Positions 34,061 to 39,729 of a stretch of DNA of 39,729 bases are shown here, piece by piece (the first letter of the stretch is position 1; the number at the start of each line of letters is the position of its first letter). The DNA is taken from NCBI RefSeq assembly GCF_001194135.2, contig NC_069006.1:12436854-12476582 (forward strand), written 5' to 3'. Below the pieces are notes generated by a model, which had not been told where the DNA came from, made no database searches, and saw only the letters and a list, made by a program, of their open reading frames with translations. The position numbers and the translations under genes are program-made. The DNA comes from Octopus bimaculoides. Its lineage: Eukaryota.

Positions 34061-34217
34061 ACAGGTTTTTTTTTGTGTCTGCCTACAAAATCCATTCATA
34101 AGCCATTGGTCTCCCAAGGCTATATATAGTAGAAGGCACTTATTTCCAAGGTGCCATGCAGTGGAACTGAACCTGGAACCATATAGTCAGGAAGTAAAAT
34201 TCCCCCACCCTCACCCC
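34061..34217 (-). mobile_element. SINE family B, 5' half
   Basis: CCAAGGTGCCATGCAGTGGAACTGAACCTGGAACCAT matches the family head. Confidence 0.7.
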
Positions 34218-34261
34218 ATATATATAAGTAGTAGTGCCAAGTAACAATGTGAAATAAATAA

Positions 34262-34647
34262 AATTTGGGTTAGATCAAATATATTTGTGACAGATTTTAA
34301 TTCTAAAAGAAATTTCTGTGAAGTTTTCTTCGGAGAAAAAAAATTCTTGTATTACACCCTTATCAGCTCAGTGACACCCACTCTTGGACTTCCAGGTGCA
34401 TTTCTGGTTCATTACATCTTCCTCAGTAGAAGATACCAAAGAGAGATAATCCTGAGCTGACTAGAAAGTCACAGCTTTATCATGAAACATCGATACAAGT
34501 GACTGACTTGAACTCATTGACCACCCAGCAGTTGTGCAAAGCAATGATGTAGAAAATCAAACTTTAGGTTAATTCAAATATGTTTGTGACAGATTCTAAC
34601 TTCTAAAGGCAATTTCTGTGGAGTTTACCATAGAGAAAAAATTCTTG
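34262..34647 (-). mobile_element. Second hammerhead-containing unit (299-bp period, ~88-bp terminal direct repeats)
   Basis: TTTGTGACAGATT occurs at 34284 and 34583; the repeats are roughly 80% identical; hammerhead motif between them. Confidence 0.5.
34389..34432 (-). ncRNA. Degenerate type I hammerhead motif
   Basis: CTTCTA-CTGAGGA-N15-GAAA-TGCA-CC-TGGAAG; 6-bp stem I with one G-U; the U16.1 position reads C. Confidence 0.5.
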
Positions 34648-34826
34648 CTTATGGTAAAGGCATGAATGCATCATTATCAACCCTCTTTCCACCCAAATTA
34701 TGTAATGTCAGTTAAACTGCAGAAATTACTAGGAGAGATGTAATTGATTATGCACCCTATTTTCACCCAAAATAGGTGGCCTGTTGTAAGATGTCTGTGT
34801 CTTTATGAATACTATGAGTTGGTATG

Positions 34827-35068
34827 AATCAACAAATAGTCCTCTATGTAGCTGCTTGCACTGCTTAAAACAAGAGCTGAATTTACTTTCAATTACATCC
34901 TACCACTTTAGAAAAAAAAAAGGGAAGCACATTGAATAATGTAGTCTTAGATATAAGATTACATTATTATGTAATCTTATGTCAATAAAAAGAAAAAGAT
35001 GAGATTTCACACGTGGAAAACTTTTGATTGTAAATCTGGTTGATTAGATTTAAGCTGAGTGTTAAACC
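34827..35068 (+). mobile_element. SINE-like repeat, family E (degenerate)
   Basis: Similar to 13478-13684. Confidence 0.45.
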
Positions 35069-35532
35069 AGAATGAGAGCTGGAAGGAATTCCAAAGAGAT
35101 GGAGATACTGGGGAAACAAGATTGGGGAAAGGCATTGAGAGCATGAGCTGAGAAGTGAAAGAGAGAGAGAGTATGTTTGATAGAAGAAATAATGTGTATT
35201 AGTTTGGCTTGAGAAAAGATAGAAGCCATTATATTAGTGGGAGAAGATAGAAAATTGCTAGCCAGTTTAGAGGAAGAGAGACCATTCCAGTAAAGAAAGA
35301 AGGTGGTGTGTAGCGAGTTAATTCATAGGAAGAGTGGCTGTTATTGTTGAAAGAGAAGGTGATATGTAGTTAGCTAGTTCAGCAGAAGTGAAGCTGTTAC
35401 AGTAGTGTGAGAAGATAGAGAGAGAGAGAAAAACGCATACCTTTAATTCAAGAGTGGTGGTGTGTTAATGGGAAAATCATTTATCAATCAATTAAATGAC
35501 TTTAGACATGGTTCCAGGTATCTGGATAAGTA

Positions 35533-35683
35533 GCAAGTATGGTTGTATAGTTAAACGAGTTTTCTTCCCAACCATATGATTTTGGGTTCAGTCCTACTGT
35601 ATTACACCTTGGGCAAGTATCTTTTACTATAGTCCCAGGCCAACCAAAGCCTTGTGGGTAGATTTGGTAAGTGGAAACCAGCC
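35533..35683 (+). mobile_element. SINE family B, 5' half
   Basis: GGGTTCAGTCC...CACCTTGGGCAAGT...GGCCAACCAAAGCCTTGTG. Confidence 0.75.
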
Positions 35684-35686
35684 ATA

Positions 35687-35739
<53 letters not shown>

Positions 35740-36323
35740 ACTTGCTTTGACATCACGTTATAAATGAGTGTTATTCATTTCCAATATTCTACATAAGGTT
35801 ATGGAGAAATATTACCTTGCTTGGAAGCAGCCATGTTGCCCTAGGTAAGTGGACGCTGCTTTACTGAGGTATAGCATATCTGAATCTGTAAGAGCAGCAG
35901 CCACATTGTCTTATGTAAGTTGAAAAGGCTAGAAACTAATCTAGGATATCTGAAAGCATTACAGCAGCTACAAAGTCCTGGCAGTGCTTTATTGTGGTCC
36001 TAGTTTATTTCAACTTGTTGTAAATAAATAGGCAGTGCTCTAGCATAGTCAAAGATATCTGAGTGTTTAACAATATCCACAAGCCACACTATCCTAGATA
36101 AGTGGATGCTGCTTTAATGTGGTCTTAGGTCATCTCAACAGATCGTTGTTACATAATCCTAGATAAGCGGTTGGGGTTTTAATGTGACTCCATTTTGTTT
36201 TTGTTTTGTTTCTTTTCTTTTGTCTCAAGTCTGGTACTTATTCCATCAGTAAACAAACCAACTCTGGTTAGTGGTGGTGGTGGGGGGGGGGGGGGTGAAG
36301 TATCAAACACAAACACACACACA

Positions 36324-36500
36324 TATATCATCATCATTTTAACATCCACTTTTCTATGCTTGCATTACCCAGATGGAATTTGTTGAGATAGATTTTCTTC
36401 ATCCAGCTGCCATCACATGTTTCCAAATAAGATAATATTTCTCCATGACCAGACATTTTTTAACAGAAGACTGGAAACAAAATACAACATTTGGAAGACA
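36324..36500 (-). mobile_element. SINE family D
   Basis: Homologous to 33187-33380. Confidence 0.55.
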
Positions 36501-36574
36501 GTAGCAACTATCATGTAATTTCAAAGCAAGGAGATAGTAACATACACACACACACATATATATATACACATATG

Positions 36575-36726
36575 ATAGGCTTCTTTCAGTTTCCATCTAC
36601 CAAATCCATTCATAAGGCTTGTGGAGTTATAGTAGAAGATACTTACCCAAGGTGTCACACAGTAGGACTGAATAAAAAAACCATGTGGTTGGAAAGCAAA
36701 CTTCTTGCTACAAAGCCACACCTGCA
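36575..36726 (-). mobile_element. SINE family B, 5' half
   Basis: Reverse-complement homology to 26169-26320. Confidence 0.75.
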
Positions 36727-36742
36727 CTTATATAATTATGTG

Positions 36743-36848
36743 ACAGGCTTCTGCACAGTTTCCATCTGCCAGATTCACTCACAAGGCAGAGGTCAGCCCA
36801 AAGCTATACTAAAAGACACTTACCCAAGGTGCTGCGCAGCGGGACTGA
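36743..36848 (-). mobile_element. SINE family B, 5' half, second tandem copy
   Basis: Same segment as 36575-36680; ends about 12 nt before the polypyrimidine tract. Confidence 0.7.
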
Positions 36849-36882
36849 TTATTTTCTGAACCTCTCTCTTTCTCATTTTCAG

Positions 36883-37273
36883 GAAAGTCTGCGTCTCACC
36901 TGTGGATTGCCCAGTTATGAGGGATGGCCACCATGTTCTGAAGAAGAAAATGAAGTGTCATGTCTTAGACACAGAAAAAAATCTCATCATTGTTGGTAGA
37001 ATAATAATTCCAGTGAATAACAAGACGCCATGGAGAAAATAAGGTGCGAAGAGATGAACAAGAATTCTGCCAGCTGTAAATTACCGATAAACACCGAACT
37101 GAAGATCATCGAAGACCCTGTATTTGTACAAGTCCATGTTGCTGCTGACCGGAAGGACATTGGCCGGAACTGGACACACAGAGAGAAATGGTTGTTGTCC
37201 ATTTGTATCTTTGTGGTAGTAGTTTTGGTGGCCTTTGTCACTGTTACTTTTGTTTTTAAGGAAATATATAATG
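36883..37273 (+). other. Host-gene exon (5' UTR plus first coding segment)
   Basis: Strong acceptor CCTCTCTCTTTCTCATTTTCAG| (36861-36882), consensus donor G|GTAAGT (37274), non-repetitive interior. Confidence 0.8.
37030..37273 (+). CDS. N-terminal 81 aa of a type II single-pass membrane protein, possibly an M13 (neprilysin/ECE-like) peptidase
   Basis: GACGCCATGG start context with an in-frame TAA at 37018; cytoplasmic tail, then WTHREKWLL and hydrophobic LLSICIFVVVVLVAFVTVTFVF; phase-1 donor. The family guess rests only on resemblance to the T-x-x-E-K/R-x-L pre-TM motif. Confidence 0.75.
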
Positions 37274-37569
37274 GTAAGTACCATGTCTCTTTGTCTGTCT
37301 GTCTGTCTTAAATAACATAGCTGGGGCAAAGTGATGGGGGTAGTCTGCTCCAAAAAGTACTTTTATGGAGCCCAGCACTTTTGGGTCTGATATATAACCC
37401 TATAGAAATAGGGGAATTGAGGGGTGCCCCTAAATGAAATATACTTTTTGGAACAAATGATTATAGATTAAATGTTTATTTGCACTCAGACTTATCTTTG
37501 ACTTCTCTGTATTCTATACTAAGTGGCCATACACAACTTCTTTGAACTCATCATCCACACTGGAATATA

Positions 37570-38820
37570 CAGGGTGTCCCAGAAGAATTGATATTTCTTA
37601 ATTATTCAAACTAAACTTAAGGTAGGATAATGAAATTTGGCACACACATTCTAATGTAAATTGTCAATCCATTGCAGTAATTACATTTCAAATATCATTT
37701 TGACCATAGCCTGCAAATGAGTGGTCACTGAGTTGCAAGAGTGCTGTGCCACCTCTTCATCCAACTTGACCCATGAAGACAGAAGGGTTTTCTTCAGATC
37801 TGACACATTTGAATAGAAGTGTACAGAAACATTATTCTCTAAGATAGACTAGATAGCAAAGTTCATGGGATTGATGTCTGGACTTGAGAGAGGTCATACC
37901 ATCTGTTTCCAAAAACTGCTGAAATGCTCTTTACACCACTTCTATGTCAAATTGGATGTGTAGGCTGGAGGCCTATCTTCAGTGAAGATGTAACAGTCAC
38001 CAAAGGTTTTTGTGACCCAAGGTAACATTTACTCATCCGACATTTCCACATTGCTGACCTTGACACCAGCATCAATGAAGATCAAGGGAGACTTGGACCC
38101 ATCAGATGCAACTGCAGCCCACATCATGAGTGAAGCTGGTTTCTGATGGCATAAATGATTCCTGCTACCTTCAGGCAAGTCTCCTGCATTATGTGCATAA
38201 AGGCTGTCATTCTGCCTGTTGATAACTGCCTCCACAGTGAAGATCTTCTAGTCAGACCAGATCAGCACTTTATTTGTGGCACACTTCATCTCAACTACCC
38301 CCGTCAAGCCGTTTCTTCTTGGAAGCTGCTGAAATTAACTGCTGGAATCATTTCTTGTATGCAGTTGGCTTTAAATTCTCTTTAAAAATCCTGTACATTG
38401 AAGATTTCGAAATGCCAAGAGCTTTTGCAGTTTTTCTTGCACTCCTGCGGGGATTTTTGTTCATTCGCTTCTTCACAGCTTCAACAGTTTGTTTGGTACA
38501 AATTGATTGTTTCCTACCAGGAATTGGTTTGCTAGAGGTAGTAGCAGACTCCAATTATCATTTCCAGGTATTGAACACCATTTTACAGCACACGTTCATC
38601 TGTCCTTTTTGCTCACTCCAGCTGTTTTCAAAGTGACCATCTGGTCATATTTTGCTTTCGACACCATGTTTGTTTACAAAACTGTTATAGACAAACAAAA
38701 CAATAGACACATGAACAAAAAACATATGCAAATCTTTATGCAAAATATAGATAATAATAATCGAACCAATATTCTTTAGGAAGAGTTTTAATCATGGGTA
38801 AATTTTTCTGGGACACCTTG
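37570..38820 (-). mobile_element. Complete-length Tc1/mariner element of DD37D (maT/mori-like) type
   Basis: TIRs CAGGGTGTCCCAGAAGAATT and CAAGGTGTCCCAGAAAAATT (18/20), TA on both flanks, 1251 bp. Confidence 0.92.
37681..38667 (-). pseudogene. DD37D transposase pseudogene
   Basis: NPRRSARK HTH, IWSD*KIFTVE, NRQND, MMWAAV, EDRPPAY and SSPDINPMN; 37 residues between the second Asp and the third (now Asn); several stops. Confidence 0.88.
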
Positions 38821-39729
38821 TATATCTTGTGTGTACAGTTTGATGTTCAACAACAACTGTATGACTTAGAGTTCCATGTAGATTATCATTATCCACTCGG
38901 TTTCCATTGACCTCTGTACTTAACAGTGTTATTAGTTATGATATACAGAATATATGTAGAGGCAACTAAGATAAACAGTGGAATAAATATTTAGTTCCTA
39001 GGCAGCCAAATGCACTTGGAAAATTCAATGCTGAGTTCCAAATGGGAAAATGTACATCAGAAATAAATATTTATACTGGTGTTTATCTTAATTTTCCCTA
39101 CACACACACACATGTATAAATATACATACATGCATACACACTACATTTGTTGGCAAAAATACACACAGACACATTTGACACACCCCAGTTTCTGCAGTGC
39201 AAATACAGGAAAGAATAATTTAGTTCATTAAAGCATGTAACATTCGAAGCAATTAAGCAGCAGATTACAAAACATTACAAAATATTCTAGCAAATGTTTA
39301 AGTAAATATTATTGTTACGGAGTCAGGTTAGGTAGAAGAGATTGTCTGGATTAAAATTAGTCTCTTGTAGTGAATGCCAAGGACAAAATTAGCTTCTGGG
39401 AGGCTCAATTTTGCATATAGGACCCAGGGTGAATTTTATTTAAGACATATTCTGGGAAAAAAGTGCTTCTTAACTGTCACCAAATATGGTGAGTGTGTGT
39501 ATGAATGTGTATATTCACATAAACCAGATGTTCTGTTTCTTGTACTCCACAGTACTATACAACAAAACTTAATATAGTATACACAATCTTCTTAAATAAT
39601 GATTTTTGTAATTTTTCTTGTATAATTTCAAACTTTTAAAGTATAAAATATAACCTAGCTACCCCACATCCAAACAACCAAGACTGGCTGTTCTGTTTAT
39701 CTTTCTCTAACATTGTCTCTATTAATCTT

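Noticed and set aside
39371-39488. Candidate next exon (CTCTTGTAG| ... ATG|GTGAGT)
   Set aside because: Splice sites look plausible, but joining in phase 1 to the 37273 donor gives a stop after 16 codons and the other two phases are also blocked; it could only be a poison exon, with no support available

Overview
Eukaryotic, AT-rich, repeat-saturated genomic DNA with ten N-gaps (4187-4319, 5311-5435, 9705-10177, 11731-11897, 12892-13166, 17095-17246, 19640-19649, 26587-26847, 28969-29443, 30108-30678). The repeat families and microsatellite density look like an octopus (coleoid cephalopod) assembly; this is inference from pattern recognition, not a search. The only well-supported host-gene sequence is one + strand exon (36883-37273) carrying the start of a type II membrane protein, possibly of the M13 neprilysin/ECE family, with several uORFs in its 5' UTR part. 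The rest is decayed mobile DNA: RTE LINE remnants (one with a PHD-like zinc finger inside the RT), a split CR1-like LINE, several SINE families, mariner and DD37D (maT-like) transposons, piggyBac-like and mariner-like MITEs, Helentron-like non-autonomous elements, and a gypsy element reduced to LTR + tRNA-Trp PBS + integrase. The most unusual signal is a set of mutually unrelated small elements carrying degenerate type I hammerhead-ribozyme cores. Two sit in ~300-bp terminally redundant units (31343-31688, 34262-34647), one in the spacer of a long inverted repeat (33534-34018) and one in a fold-back hairpin (8791-8846). This resembles Penelope pLTRs or retrozymes. None of these cores is fully intact, and no Penelope ORF is visible. 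Nearly all ORFs in the supplied track are microsatellite, gap or transposon artefacts. No rRNA, tRNA gene or CRISPR array is supported.
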